Below, in pieces: positions 32,491-42,660 of a stretch of 64,000 nucleotides of DNA (position 1 is its first letter; every line of letters begins with the position of its first letter). A program made the translations under genes and the position numbers. The stretch comes from an uncultured Verrucomicrobiae bacterium (GTDB taxonomy: Bacteria; Verrucomicrobiota; Verrucomicrobiia; JADLBR01; CALLMV01), in the NCBI GenBank assembly GCA_938005615.1, contig CALLMV010000005.1, positions 8,323-72,322 on the forward strand. The letters are read 5' to 3'. The notes beneath the pieces were generated by a model that saw only the letters and a program-made list of their open reading frames with translations, was not told where the DNA came from and made no database searches.

Positions 32491-33010
32491 TGCTCGCTTC
32501 CTCCTCTGCCTTGCGACCTTCCAAATCCTCCGCATCAGGCAAAGCGCAACCCTGTTTTTCGTAAGGTGATACCAAAGACCTTCCCTCTTTGGCTCTGGCC
32601 AGTAGTAAAATCAATTTTAGCAGTACCCCGACAACGATCGCATAAATCCCTAGGTCAAACCAAACGGGTGTTCCTAAATAAATTTCTCCCAATCCTTCGC
32701 TTGCAAAAAATTTAAAATGATAATGCTTCAAAAATCCCTCACCCAAAAAAAGTGGCAACACACCCACAACTATCGAGAGTAATAAGCCAAAAGCGGAAAA
32801 CGTTAACGGCCGTATAGGTAGCAATTCTTCAGTTTCCCGGGTTCCCAAAGCAAGTACCAGCATCACAAACGAAATGGCCGTCCCAGCACCAGCAATAAAC
32901 CCACCGCCCGGTAAGTTATGCCCTCGTAAAAACACATACAGAACAAATATATTGATCAGTAAAAAAAGCAGGCGGGCAATAGCCACAAACAAAGGGGATT
33001 CAGGTCTCAT
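32483..33010 (-). CDS. mrpB: Na+/H+ antiporter subunit B
   Basis: LRGHNLPGGGFIAGAG is the MnhB signature. Confidence 0.85.
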   Translation of the reverse strand: MRPESPLFVAIARLLFLLINIFVLYVFLRGHNLPGGGFIAGAGTAISFVMLVLALGTRETEELLPIRPLTFSAFGLLLSIVVGVLPLFLGEGFLKHYHFKFFASEGLGEIYLGTPVWFDLGIYAIVVGVLLKLILLLARAKEGRSLVSPYEKQGCALPDAEDLEGRKAEEEASNA

Positions 33011-35385
33011 GGCTTCCTACCTTCCGGACTGCCTGCAGGACGATTCTTCTGACGATTCACCAAGCCAACTGCACCAAGCAGTGCAATAACTAACACAGCC
33101 ACTTCCAACAAAGTGTCCCACGCGCGGAAGTCAACCAATATCGTGTTCACCGCGTTGCTCCCCTTCGCTTCTTGTATAGTGATTTCAGGATACACCAACC
33201 CGACTGGCAGAGGATGTTTCTGAGTAAGTGCAAGGAAACCCACAAAGATCGTCAAAACAGCACCCCCTAAAGCCAAAGTGATTCTTGCCAGTCTGTGTTT
33301 TCTGTCCGAGCGTCTTTCGATTTCGCCTAACTCCGCTTTTCTAGGAAACCTCGCGAAGAGAAGCAAAATCAACACCAGAGTGACAGTTTCAATCAAAATC
33401 TGAGTCAGCGCCAAATCCGGCGCACGCATCAGTATGAAATAAAACGTCACCAAAAATCCCAACACAGACATCGCGATTAACTGAGACATCCATCTCTTAA
33501 GCAGAATCACGGCTACAGCAGAAACCAGAATGCAAAACGCAAAAAGCCCTCGTAGGAAATTCACCTCATCAAACCAGACTACCTGTGTGATATTTTGAGA
33601 CCACCAAACAAATGTAGGCACACCTACAGCAGCCAAGATAAACAACAACATCCAGGGCACGTAAGCTACAGGCTCATCTGCGCGCAGAGATCTTGTTACA
33701 GCAGCAGCAAAACGTGGCGTCCACTCGACGAGCTTTTCGAAGCCTACGTCCCATCTCAGTAACCAAGGCACCTCCAAACGCGGCCAAACTTTCCAAAGAG
33801 CTCTAGTCAGTAGCAAGCCCACCGTTATGACTCCGATAGTAATGAACAACTCCCGAGTCCATCCGTGCCACAACGCAAAATGCACCTCTTTCATCGCGTG
33901 CATGCCAGGTACCTGAGACCATTCCACCACATGCGCCATTCCCGATGGCCACACTCCGAAAACTAAAGTTGCGCCAGCCAAGAGCGTGATCGGCCACACC
34001 ATACGCACATCTGGCGCATGCCAGTGCTCACGCACTTGCTCCGTCTCCGAACCCATGAACAACTTCCACCAAAACCTAGTAGCAAACGCCATTTTTAGTA
34101 CGGCCACCAGCACAAAAGTGACGACGGCCAAAACAGGCCAAAGCGTCCAGCCCGAGTACTCCGCCGCCTTGACCAGATCTTTCAAAAAATACTCCTTGCT
34201 CACAAAGCCCAGCGTGAGTGGCAGGCCTGCCATCGACGCTGAAACCACAAGTGCACATACCCCCACCCAAGGAATCCTTTTCATCAGACCACCCAAGTGC
34301 CGAATGTCCCTGCCGTGGGCAGCGTGATCTATCAAACCAGCAATCATAAACAGCGCCCCCTTGTAAAAGACATGATTTGCCACATGCAAAATATCCCCCT
34401 TCACCACCGCACCACCCATCCCATAAAACGCAATCAACAATCCAAGCTGTAAAACCGTGCTCTGGGCTAAAATCGCCTTCAAATCATGCGACAACAGTGC
34501 AAGCACCGCTGCCAGCAAAGCCGTGAATAAACCTACGCCCATCAACAGAGGCACCCACTCTGGCAAAGTCGAAAACGCTGGGAACACCCGCGCCACAAAA
34601 AAAACACCCAGCTTTACCATCGTCGCAGAATGCAGATACGCGCTGACAGGAGTTGGCGCTGCCATAGCATTTGGCAACCAAAAGTGAAACGGAAACTGCG
34701 CGCTCTTGCCTAAAGCTCCCACAGCCAAAAGCACAAACACCGCCGATTCCGCAGCACCCGCCCCCTCTGGCGGTCCGTTGAGTATCTTCACAAGATCCAG
34801 CGTCCCCCAAACAAGCCCGCTCAAGGCCACACCTGCGAGCATCACTAGAGCAGTACCCCCCGTCACAAGGATCGCCATGCGCGCTCCTGCGCGGCTCTTC
34901 TCTTTGTCGTGTAAGAAGCCGATGAGCAAAAACGAAGTCAGCCCAGTCAGCTCCCAAAACACAAATAGCAGCAGGAGATTTCCCGCCATCACAGTCCCGA
35001 TCATCGCCGCCATGAACAGCATCAAGTAAGCGTAAAAACGACCGTGATTTTCCGAATGCGAATCCATGTAACCCCGCCCATACACAGTCACCAAAACCCC
35101 CATCCCAGTCACAACCAAAGCAAAGAAAATTGAAAGCCCATCCACTAAAAACGAAAACTCTAGCCCCAGTGCTGGCACCCATTGGACAGAGACGGCGACC
35201 TGCGTGCCAGGATCATGCCCTGCAGCTACACCTGCAATACATGCAGTCGCGGAAAGTGCTGTAACAACCGCAACCCATGCCGTCCTTTCACGCAAAAAAG
35301 GCCCAACAAACGCACATGCCAACGAACCTAAACCACACAACGCAAGCGATAGACTGATCAAACTGAGTGCGTCCACAGCCCGCAC
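33007..35385 (-). CDS. mrpA: Na+/H+ antiporter subunit A (NuoL-like, with MnhB-like C-terminal domain)
   Basis: 792-aa polytopic protein with a NuoL/ND5 proton-antiporter core; first gene of the seven-gene operon. Confidence 0.85.
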   Translation of the reverse strand: MRAVDALSLISLSLALCGLGSLACAFVGPFLRERTAWVAVVTALSATACIAGVAAGHDPGTQVAVSVQWVPALGLEFSFLVDGLSIFFALVVTGMGVLVTVYGRGYMDSHSENHGRFYAYLMLFMAAMIGTVMAGNLLLLFVFWELTGLTSFLLIGFLHDKEKSRAGARMAILVTGGTALVMLAGVALSGLVWGTLDLVKILNGPPEGAGAAESAVFVLLAVGALGKSAQFPFHFWLPNAMAAPTPVSAYLHSATMVKLGVFFVARVFPAFSTLPEWVPLLMGVGLFTALLAAVLALLSHDLKAILAQSTVLQLGLLIAFYGMGGAVVKGDILHVANHVFYKGALFMIAGLIDHAAHGRDIRHLGGLMKRIPWVGVCALVVSASMAGLPLTLGFVSKEYFLKDLVKAAEYSGWTLWPVLAVVTFVLVAVLKMAFATRFWWKLFMGSETEQVREHWHAPDVRMVWPITLLAGATLVFGVWPSGMAHVVEWSQVPGMHAMKEVHFALWHGWTRELFITIGVITVGLLLTRALWKVWPRLEVPWLLRWDVGFEKLVEWTPRFAAAVTRSLRADEPVAYVPWMLLFILAAVGVPTFVWWSQNITQVVWFDEVNFLRGLFAFCILVSAVAVILLKRWMSQLIAMSVLGFLVTFYFILMRAPDLALTQILIETVTLVLILLLFARFPRKAELGEIERRSDRKHRLARITLALGGAVLTIFVGFLALTQKHPLPVGLVYPEITIQEAKGSNAVNTILVDFRAWDTLLEVAVLVIALLGAVGLVNRQKNRPAGSPEGRKP

Positions 35386-35468
35386 GATTAACGGGTCTTG
35401 GTAGGCTGCGTCAACGACACAGTGTACAAATTAAAAAAACACAAGCTGTAGAACCTGGAAAAAACCCG

Positions 35469-36494
35469 TCAGTAAGCCGCTTGGGCGCCCTTCAAGTTTT
35501 TCTTGGATATCCAAGGCATAAGAGCCCGCAAGCGAGCGCCTGTCTTCTCGATCGGATGCTTCTCGCCGTTGCTAAGCAGTTTCTTATAATTTTTGTAGCC
35601 AGTTTCGTATTCCTTGATCCAGCCCTTGGCAAACTTACCGCTTTGGATATCCTTAAGTGCCGCCTTCATCCGCCGTTTGACACTAGCGTCAATAATTTTT
35701 GGCCCCACTGTCACATCACCCCACTTCGCCGTCTCGGAGATCGAAAATCGCATCCCCGAAATTCCAGACTCATTGATCAAATCCACGATCAGCTTTAACT
35801 CATGAAGACACTCAAAATACGCCATCTCTGGAGAGTAACCCGCCTCAACAAGCGTCTCAAAGCCCGCCTGTATCAGTGCTGTACAACCACCGCAGAGGAC
35901 AGTTTGTTCGCCGAAAAGATCCGTTTCCGTCTCCTCCTTAAACGTGGTTTGCAACACTCCGGCACGCGTGCCACCAATCCCATGCGCCCAGGCCAGCGCG
36001 ATCTTCTTCGCGTCTTTACGCGGGTCCTGATGCACAGCAATCAGGCTTGGCACGCCTTTGCCCTCGGTGAACTGCCGCCTCACAATGTGCCCCGGTCCTT
36101 TGGGTGCCACCATGATCACAGCCACATCTTTTGGGGGCAGGATCGTCTTGTACAAAATCGAAAAACCATGGGAAAACAGTAAAGTCTTACCCTTCGTCAG
36201 ATTTGGTGCGATGTCCTTAGAGTATACTGCCGGCTGTTTCGTATCCGGGATTGCCACCATAATCACATCACCCTGGCGCACAGCCTCAGAAGTATCGAGT
36301 ACTACAAACCCATGTTCCTTCGCGACTGGGATGGACTTTGACCCAGCATACAAACCTATAACCACATCCAGACCAGAATCCTTGAGATTCAGAGCGTGGG
36401 CATGACCTTGGGAACCAAATCCCAAAACCGCGATTTTTTTCCCCTTCAATGGAGAGAGGCTAGCATCTTTTTCTGTATAGATTTTTGCAGGCAT
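35469..36494 (-). CDS. ilvC: ketol-acid reductoisomerase
   Basis: [22 protein letters not shown] Rossmann motif plus the full KARI profile. Confidence 0.9.
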   Translation of the reverse strand: MPAKIYTEKDASLSPLKGKKIAVLGFGSQGHAHALNLKDSGLDVVIGLYAGSKSIPVAKEHGFVVLDTSEAVRQGDVIMVAIPDTKQPAVYSKDIAPNLTKGKTLLFSHGFSILYKTILPPKDVAVIMVAPKGPGHIVRRQFTEGKGVPSLIAVHQDPRKDAKKIALAWAHGIGGTRAGVLQTTFKEETETDLFGEQTVLCGGCTALIQAGFETLVEAGYSPEMAYFECLHELKLIVDLINESGISGMRFSISETAKWGDVTVGPKIIDASVKRRMKAALKDIQSGKFAKGWIKEYETGYKNYKKLLSNGEKHPIEKTGARLRALMPWISKKNLKGAQAAY

Positions 36495-36678
36495 AATTCA
36501 GATAACTTTCTATGTTTTGATATTATTGTTCCTTCACTTGTTAATCTGCTCACCCGCGATAAGGCAATGTTTTTCGTAAAAGCTGTTCTCCTCTATCCAA
36601 ACTGATCTTTCAACAACCGTAAAAGTGCTTCTCCTCTTGACAAATACGAGCCGGTATTCAAGGTGGTTTGCTATTTTT

Positions 36679-36849
36679 ATGAAACGCACATACCAACCTT
36701 CGAAGCGCCGACGTGTCCGACAGCACGGCTTTCGCGCGCGCAACAAAACAAAATCTGGTCGTGCCATCATCGCACGCCGCCGTCGGGAGGGCCGCAAACG
36801 CCTCGTAGGATCCGGCACAGAAAAGAAATATCGCAGACACAACCACTAA
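36679..36849 (+). CDS. rpmH: 50S ribosomal protein L34
   Basis: [42 protein letters not shown] matches the L34 consensus almost residue for residue. The start is the internal ATG. Confidence 0.8.
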   Translation: MKRTYQPSKRRRVRQHGFRARNKTKSGRAIIARRRREGRKRLVGSGTEKKYRRHNH

Positions 36850-36949
36850 AAGTTTTATCAATCAACGCCCCCAAAGCACCAAAACAAAAACCCCCATTCG
36901 GTAGAAACCGAAGTCCGCACAAGCGGATGATAAACCGGAAACACAACAT

Positions 36950-37735
36950 ATGCCAGCAGTCACAGTCAAGGACCTGTTCGAAGCCGGAGTTCACTTCGGA
37001 CACAGAACTCAAAAATGGAACCCTAAAATGCGCCCCTTCATCTTTGAAGCGCGCCAAGGCATCCACCTCATCAACCTCGACGAAACTCACAAACAACTCA
37101 CCACAGCCTGCCAATTCCTCCGCGATCTCGCCAGCCGCGGCGGGGAAATCCTCATCGTGGGCACCAAAAAAGCTGCCCAACAAGCTGTGCTCGATGCTGC
37201 AGAAAAATGCAACGCGCACTGCGTCTCCGAACGATGGCTCGGCGGTACACTCACAAACCTTGAAACCATCAAAAAATCCCTCCGCCGCCTTAATGAAATT
37301 GACGCCATGGAGCAAGACGGACGGATGGCCAAGCTCCTCAAAAAAGAGGGTGTCACCTTACGCCGTGAACGCGACAGAATGCTCCGCAACCTCAAAGGTA
37401 TCCGCCGCATGGAGAAGCTCCCCGCTGCCATTATCATTGTGGACATCACCCGCGAAGTAAACGCCGTCGCGGAAGCCAAACGCCTTGGCATCCCCATCAT
37501 CGCCCTTGTCGATACCAATGCCGACCCTACCATTCCCGAATACCCCATCGCAGCAAACGATGATGCCCTGCGCTCCATCCACCTCATCCTGGACATCCTC
37601 GCCCAAGCAATTCTCGAAGGCAAAGCAGAGTACAACAAAGGCGACCACAAACCCCGACTCTCCCGCGGTAGAAAATCTGCCTCGTCAGATGAATCCTCGG
37701 AAAAAGACCTAATCGAATCATGGAAACAGGAATAA
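36950..37735 (+). CDS. rpsB: 30S ribosomal protein S2
   Basis: [22 protein letters not shown]... Confidence 0.95.
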   Translation: MPAVTVKDLFEAGVHFGHRTQKWNPKMRPFIFEARQGIHLINLDETHKQLTTACQFLRDLASRGGEILIVGTKKAAQQAVLDAAEKCNAHCVSERWLGGTLTNLETIKKSLRRLNEIDAMEQDGRMAKLLKKEGVTLRRERDRMLRNLKGIRRMEKLPAAIIIVDITREVNAVAEAKRLGIPIIALVDTNADPTIPEYPIAANDDALRSIHLILDILAQAILEGKAEYNKGDHKPRLSRGRKSASSDESSEKDLIESWKQE

Positions 37736-37790
37736 TCAGAATAAACTTCACGGCGTCAGATGAATCCTCGGAAAAAGACCTAATCGAATC
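37683..37790 (+). repeat. 37-bp perfect direct repeat (two copies, 71-bp period) spanning the rpsB stop codon
   Basis: cgtcagatgaatcctcggaaaaagacctaatcgaatc occurs at 37683-37719 and 37754-37790. Copy 2 followed in another frame would give an alternative S2 tail ...[17 protein letters not shown]. Confidence 0.8.
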
Positions 37791-37833
37791 CTCCTCCGAG
37801 CTTGTCTCCTAAACAAAAAAAACGTACTAACAT

Positions 37834-38478
37834 TTGCTCATGAGCGCAAATACCACAGAAATTTCAGCAGAACTCGTCAAACAACTCCGCGAACAAACCG
37901 GGGCTGGCATGATGGAATGCAAAAAAGCACTTCAAGAATCCAACGGTCATATCAGCGGAGCTATCGAAGTATTACGTAAACGCGGCGCTGCCTCTGCCGC
38001 AAAAAAAGCCTCACGCGAAGCCCGTGAAGGCATTATCGCCTCCTACATCCACATGGGCGGCAAAGTTGGAGTGCTCGTCGAAATTAACTGCGAAACCGAC
38101 TTCGTTGCTAAAAACGAAACTTTTCGCGAGTTTGCCAAAGACATCACACTACACATCGCTGCAGCCAACCCCACCTGCGTCTCCCGCGCCGATGTCCCAG
38201 CAGAGCTCATCTCAAAGGAACGCGAAATTACCCTGGCGCAACTTCAGCAGGACCCCAAAAACGCCAAAAAACCCGCTGAAATACTTGAAAAAATCATCGA
38301 GGGTAAACTCGATCGCTTCTACCAAAGCATCTGCCTCCTAGACCAAGCCTTCGTGAAAGACCCCGATTTGACAATATCCGAACTGCTCACCAAAAAAATC
38401 CAGGAAATAGGAGAGAACATCGTCATCAAACGCTTCGTTCGCTTCCAAGTTGGGGAAACAACCACCACACACAACTAA
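37834..38478 (+). CDS. tsf: translation elongation factor Ts
   Basis: LVKQLREQTGAGMMECKKAL UBA-like N-terminus and GGKVGVLVEINCETDFVAKN. Confidence 0.9.
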   Translation: MLMSANTTEISAELVKQLREQTGAGMMECKKALQESNGHISGAIEVLRKRGAASAAKKASREAREGIIASYIHMGGKVGVLVEINCETDFVAKNETFREFAKDITLHIAAANPTCVSRADVPAELISKEREITLAQLQQDPKNAKKPAEILEKIIEGKLDRFYQSICLLDQAFVKDPDLTISELLTKKIQEIGENIVIKRFVRFQVGETTTTHN

Positions 38479-38590
38479 CAGAAAAACCGTAAAAAACAAA
38501 CTGTAGAAACTACATCACGATAAACTTTGAACCAACCTGGCCTGTCCGTGTCTTAACGAACGCAACCTAACTCAAAGAAAGGATCAAACT

Positions 38591-39205
38591 ATGATTAAAA
38601 AACTCCTCACCCTCACAACACTCAGTGCACTGGCCCTCACTCACAACGCAGCATACTCTGAAGCCGTCGTTGGAGAAAAAGCACCCGACTTCACACTCAC
38701 CGACACAAACGGCCAAAGCCACAGCCTCTCAGACTTCGCAGGCAAAATCGTAGTCCTCGAGTGGTTAAACCACGGCTGCCCCTTTGTCCAAAAACTTTAC
38801 CCTGAAGGCGGCGATGGCATCATGCCCGCACTCCAAAATAAGTATACCCAACAAGGCGTTATCTGGCTATCCATTAACTCCACCAACCCTGATCACAAAG
38901 ACTTTCTTACAAACGAACAGGCCAACGAAAAGTCTGAGAAAACTGGCGCCTCGCCCACAGCAGTGCTGGTAGATGCAGAAGGCGAAGTCGGTAAAGCCTA
39001 CGGCGCAAAAACCACACCACACATGTTCATAATTAACCAAGATGGCATACTCGTTTACGCCGGAGCGATTGACAATAACCCTACGCCTCAAGTCAAAGGT
39101 GACGAAGAAAACTTTGTCGCAGCAGCCCTTGACGAACTGCTCGCTGGCAAACCCGTCACCAATAGCGCCACACGCGCTTACGGCTGCTCAGTCAAGTACC
39201 GCTAA
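38591..39205 (+). CDS. secreted thioredoxin-fold protein (redoxin/AhpC-TSA-like)
   Basis: Signal peptide, APDFTLTDTNGQSHSLSDFAGKIVVLEW..HGCPF, C-terminal YGCSVKY. Confidence 0.6.
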   Translation: MIKKLLTLTTLSALALTHNAAYSEAVVGEKAPDFTLTDTNGQSHSLSDFAGKIVVLEWLNHGCPFVQKLYPEGGDGIMPALQNKYTQQGVIWLSINSTNPDHKDFLTNEQANEKSEKTGASPTAVLVDAEGEVGKAYGAKTTPHMFIINQDGILVYAGAIDNNPTPQVKGDEENFVAAALDELLAGKPVTNSATRAYGCSVKYR

Positions 39206-39223
39206 AACTCTAACCATTATTCA

Positions 39224-39254
39224 AAAAGCCCCGCCTACGCGGGGCTTTTTTTTT
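39224..39254. terminator. rho-independent terminator, usable in both directions
   Basis: aaaaaGCCCCGCctacGCGGGGCttttttttt: 8-bp GC stem, 4-nt loop, T9 tail, with an A-run on the other side. Confidence 0.75.
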
Positions 39255-39293
39255 CGATGCCATGTACGCCTTAAAAAACTTAATCCACGAAAA

Positions 39294-39578
39294 TCAACGC
39301 AGAGGATCCTCAATCTGCTTTGATTCACGCCGAGCAGCCTTCAAACCGCTTTCGATTAGTTGCACAACTTTGTAAGCCAGCTTGCCTCGCTGATAACTGG
39401 CCCTCGCTTGACTTAAAAGCTTTTCCCAATCTTGCACCTGTGGCTCTCTCTCGTAATCCCAGTCCCCACATCCTTCTTTAAATTGCCACTTCAGCTTTCT
39501 TGCAAAATAAGACACTCGCACAACTTGCAAGTCTGGTCTCTGCTCATCGGGTTTGTTACGCCACTCAAAATAAATCAC
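39294..39578 (-). CDS. hypothetical small protein
   Basis: 94-aa ORF, no recognised motifs. Confidence 0.3.
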   Translation of the reverse strand: MIYFEWRNKPDEQRPDLQVVRVSYFARKLKWQFKEGCGDWDYEREPQVQDWEKLLSQARASYQRGKLAYKVVQLIESGLKAARRESKQIEDPLR

Positions 39579-39650
39579 ATACTAATCATGAGGGAAATTT
39601 GCAGCCCGAAAAGCACTGGTTTTTTTAACTGCAATTGCTAGATAAACAAC

Positions 39651-39878
39651 ATGGCAGGTCCTGGCAGCGCGGCAAACGTCATATCGGCAATCTGCAGCAT
39701 CATCATCCCCGGGCTGGGGCAGCTCGTGCAGGGCCGTTTTCTAGGCGCTGTCTTCTTCTTTGTGATTGTCCAAGGCTTGTGCTGGTTGATAACATTTCTT
39801 CTCGGTGGTTTGATTCCCATATTTGCCATCGCTCACATTTGGGCATGTCTGGATGCCGCGCTTTGGCGGGGTCGCTAA
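39651..39878 (+). CDS. small two-TM membrane protein (TM2/NINE-like GLGQ motif)
   Basis: IIIPGLGQLVQGRFLGAVFFF resembles the TM2-domain 'PGLGQ...G' motif. 75 aa. Confidence 0.35.
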   Translation: MAGPGSAANVISAICSIIIPGLGQLVQGRFLGAVFFFVIVQGLCWLITFLLGGLIPIFAIAHIWACLDAALWRGR

Positions 39879-39903
39879 CTTAAAACTTCACATCGCCTCT
39901 TAG

Positions 39904-40650
39904 GTGAACACACACCAGAGCCTTCAAATTGTTGTCAGCTGGATACCCGAGCAACTGCAAAGTCTAGCACTGCCTAATTCACATGAGACAATCGTAGTGG
40001 TGGTAGATATCCTCCGCGCTACCACCTGCATGAGCTGCGCACTTGAACGTGGTGCCGAGGCCATACTTCCCGCTGATTCGTTGGACGAAGCCCGACACCT
40101 TAGTAAAAATCATCCCGATGCCCTGCTTTGTGGGGAACGCAATCACGAACGACCGGAAGATTTTCACTTAGGTAACTCGCCAGGAGAATTCCTCAAAGCT
40201 GAAGTCTTCGGCAAAAAACTCATCCACGCGACAACAAACGGCACACGCGCACTGCTGGCCTTACGGCGCTCAAAGCCTCTTCACATCTATGCAGGTAGTT
40301 TCAGATGCCTCTCAGCACTTTCGGCTTGCATCTCTCAGCAATGTAGCAAGCAGCTCATCAAATTTCTCACCATCGCAGCCTCTGGCACTCTGGATGGAGC
40401 ATCTTATGAGGATTTACTTTTTGGAGGCGCATTGCTGGAGCGATTGAACATCATCCATCCCCTTGTTTCCCTATGGCGCGGCAGACCTTATTACAATCTG
40501 GCAGATAATCTCGCACTTTCCCGCAACGGCCGTGCCCTAGCCAAAAAGGGGAGGAGTGATGACATCGCCCAATCCGCAACTCTAGATACCACTGACCTCA
40601 TTCCCCAGCTTTGCCAGGACGACTGGATTAGAGCGCAGAAACTGGCCTGA
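39904..40650 (+). CDS. comB: 2-phosphosulfolactate phosphatase (ComB) family protein
   Basis: VVVDILRATT, ERGAEAILP, GERN, HLGNSP. Confidence 0.6.
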   Translation: MNTHQSLQIVVSWIPEQLQSLALPNSHETIVVVVDILRATTCMSCALERGAEAILPADSLDEARHLSKNHPDALLCGERNHERPEDFHLGNSPGEFLKAEVFGKKLIHATTNGTRALLALRRSKPLHIYAGSFRCLSALSACISQQCSKQLIKFLTIAASGTLDGASYEDLLFGGALLERLNIIHPLVSLWRGRPYYNLADNLALSRNGRALAKKGRSDDIAQSATLDTTDLIPQLCQDDWIRAQKLA

Positions 40651-40666
40651 TCGTGTGCTCGCTGCC

Positions 40667-41974
40667 TCAGCCGGAGCCGTTCTGAACAGCTCGATCAAAT
40701 GGCACAAAGTAAGCCTCACATGCTGCGTCCAGCAATTGTGGAGTGATTGCCAGCGGCCATCTGTTGAAACGGCAGATGTCCTCCACATGATCGAGTACAT
40801 CTCGGGCATGACAAGCACGAAGTGGAATGCCCAGCTCGCGAATTTTCTCTAGCAGATATTCCGCGTCAGCAGGTTCGTATTTCAAACCCCGAAAGCGGCA
40901 CTGCAGCTCCCATATGCGTTGAAAATTATGTACCGAAGGAGAATTTACCGGTATTTTATACCTGATTCGGCGAAGGAAGGCCTCATCCACCAAATCTTTC
41001 GGGTCAAGATTCGTGGAGAAGATAATCATTTCCTCGAAGGGAATCTGAATCTTCGCACCCGTCGCCAGTGTCAAATAGTCAACTTTGCGCTCCAGCGGCA
41101 CAATCCAGCGATTGAGTAGCGTCTTGGGATCAATCCGTTGACGGCCAAAATCATCTATCATCAATCCTCCTGCGTTGGCCTTAAGCTGGATTGGCGCCTC
41201 GTAGGTGCGCGACTGCTCATTCCAATTCAAATCCAACGATTCCATCGTCAGCTCCCCACCTACAACAAGAAACGGCCGTTGAATCAACCGCCATCTCCGA
41301 TCGTAGGGCATAGCAGCTCGCGCATCCTCACTACTCTCCACCAACTTGTGATTAAAAGGGTCGAACAACTTCACGATACTGCCACGCACCTCCAGACATT
41401 CCGGAATAAAAATCGCATCTCCCATTACCCGCACTAGCCTCTCAGCCACCGAGCTCTTGCCGTTACCGGGTGGGCCATACAGGAAAAGGGAGCGCCCCGA
41501 ATTAATCGCCGGACCGATTTGGGCCAGAATCTCCTCATCGAAGATCAAATCCGAAAACGCGATCCTCAACATCTCCCAATCTACTGTCTTGCTGCCAAAC
41601 GACTGCTGCTCGATTGCATAAACATATTCCTCCAGCGAGACAGGGGCTACCCCCGTATAGCTCGTCTGCTCCATACTCTTGACGGCCAGTTCACGCCCAA
41701 AGTCCGTGATCGAATAACTATACGAAATCGAGGCCAACTCACCCTTTGTGATCTCGAGCAATCTCGTGTCGCGCATCGTCTCCAGAATCGGCTCCAGCAC
41801 CCCATAGAATGGTAGGCCCAACTCTTCTGCAATCTGGCTGCCCGTCATCTCCCGCCGAGAGTACACTCCGCGCAGTATCAGGCCCTCCACCAAATTATAC
41901 TGCAGACGCACATCATCCAGAGAACGGGGTTGCGGTGGAAAAAAAACGCCAGAAATCTGCGTCTGATTCATCAA
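40667..41974 (-). CDS. AAA+ ATPase with N-terminal winged-helix-like region, unassigned family
   Basis: Walker A LFLYGPPGNGKSS, Walker B LMIDDFG, sensor-1 IIFSTN, Arg-finger region DEAFLRRIRYKI. Confidence 0.7.
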   Translation of the reverse strand: MMNQTQISGVFFPPQPRSLDDVRLQYNLVEGLILRGVYSRREMTGSQIAEELGLPFYGVLEPILETMRDTRLLEITKGELASISYSYSITDFGRELAVKSMEQTSYTGVAPVSLEEYVYAIEQQSFGSKTVDWEMLRIAFSDLIFDEEILAQIGPAINSGRSLFLYGPPGNGKSSVAERLVRVMGDAIFIPECLEVRGSIVKLFDPFNHKLVESSEDARAAMPYDRRWRLIQRPFLVVGGELTMESLDLNWNEQSRTYEAPIQLKANAGGLMIDDFGRQRIDPKTLLNRWIVPLERKVDYLTLATGAKIQIPFEEMIIFSTNLDPKDLVDEAFLRRIRYKIPVNSPSVHNFQRIWELQCRFRGLKYEPADAEYLLEKIRELGIPLRACHARDVLDHVEDICRFNRWPLAITPQLLDAACEAYFVPFDRAVQNGSG

Positions 41975-42067
41975 ATTAAATCTCGCACAACCCGTGCCAT
42001 TCCAACCACCCCAAAAAGCACCAAACTGCCCCGCTTGCAGCTGAGCGGCTAGTGATTAAATTAGGCT

Positions 42068-42658
42068 ATGCAAATACCCGCCGTATTGCCAGTCATGACG
42101 CTCCCCGGGGCCATCCTCTTCCCCCAATCACTCATGCCCCTCTTCATCTTTGAACCTAAATACCAGCAGATGATGCGCGACATCTTGCAAGGCGACCGCC
42201 TTATGTGCATAGCACTAGCTAAGGAACAGGATGACCTCACCGGCAGCCTCTACCCCCACACAGTCGCCGGCATGGGGCTTGTGCGTGCCTGTGTGGAGCA
42301 ACCCGACGGCACAGGCCACATCATTCTTCAAGGGCTGGCACGCGTGGCACTGAGCGAAATCAGTGAAGAAGAGCCCTACAGAACAGCACGCGTCAAACCT
42401 CTCGCCAGTCGCAACGCCGAAGGCGTCGAAGTCGAAGCCCTCATGATCAAAGTCATCGAAATGGCCATCGCCAAAGCCTCTAAAATCAAAAACATCCCCC
42501 AAGAGCTCCCTAACTTCCTCCAGGCCATGCGCGATCCTGATGTCCTCAGCGATGTCATCGGATACACTCTTGTGCACGACCCCCTCAAAAAACAAAAACT
42601 CCTAGAAACTGCAGACGTTCGGCAACGCTTGCACGACCTCATCCCCTTGCTCAAGTAG
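42068..42658 (+). CDS. stand-alone LON N-terminal (substrate-binding) domain protein
   Basis: IPVLPVMTLPGAILFPQSLMPLFIFEPKYQQMM pattern of the Lon N domain. At 196 aa it has no AAA or protease domain. Confidence 0.65.
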   Translation: MQIPAVLPVMTLPGAILFPQSLMPLFIFEPKYQQMMRDILQGDRLMCIALAKEQDDLTGSLYPHTVAGMGLVRACVEQPDGTGHIILQGLARVALSEISEEEPYRTARVKPLASRNAEGVEVEALMIKVIEMAIAKASKIKNIPQELPNFLQAMRDPDVLSDVIGYTLVHDPLKKQKLLETADVRQRLHDLIPLLK

Positions 42659-42660
42659 CT

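Noticed and set aside
33007-37735. Many long antisense or alternate-frame ORFs (e.g. 34484-35182, 34706-35029, 36767-37315, 37087-37650, 37358-37648, 36663-37460)
   Set aside because: They lie inside well-supported genes (mrpA, rpsB) and have low-complexity, Arg/Cys/Ser-rich translations typical of GC-skewed alternate frames.
40667-42658. Interpreting the AAA+ ATPase + Lon-N domain pair as a split Lon protease
   Set aside because: The ATPase lacks Lon-specific blocks after Walker A, and no S16 protease domain is present. Kept only as a weak hypothesis.
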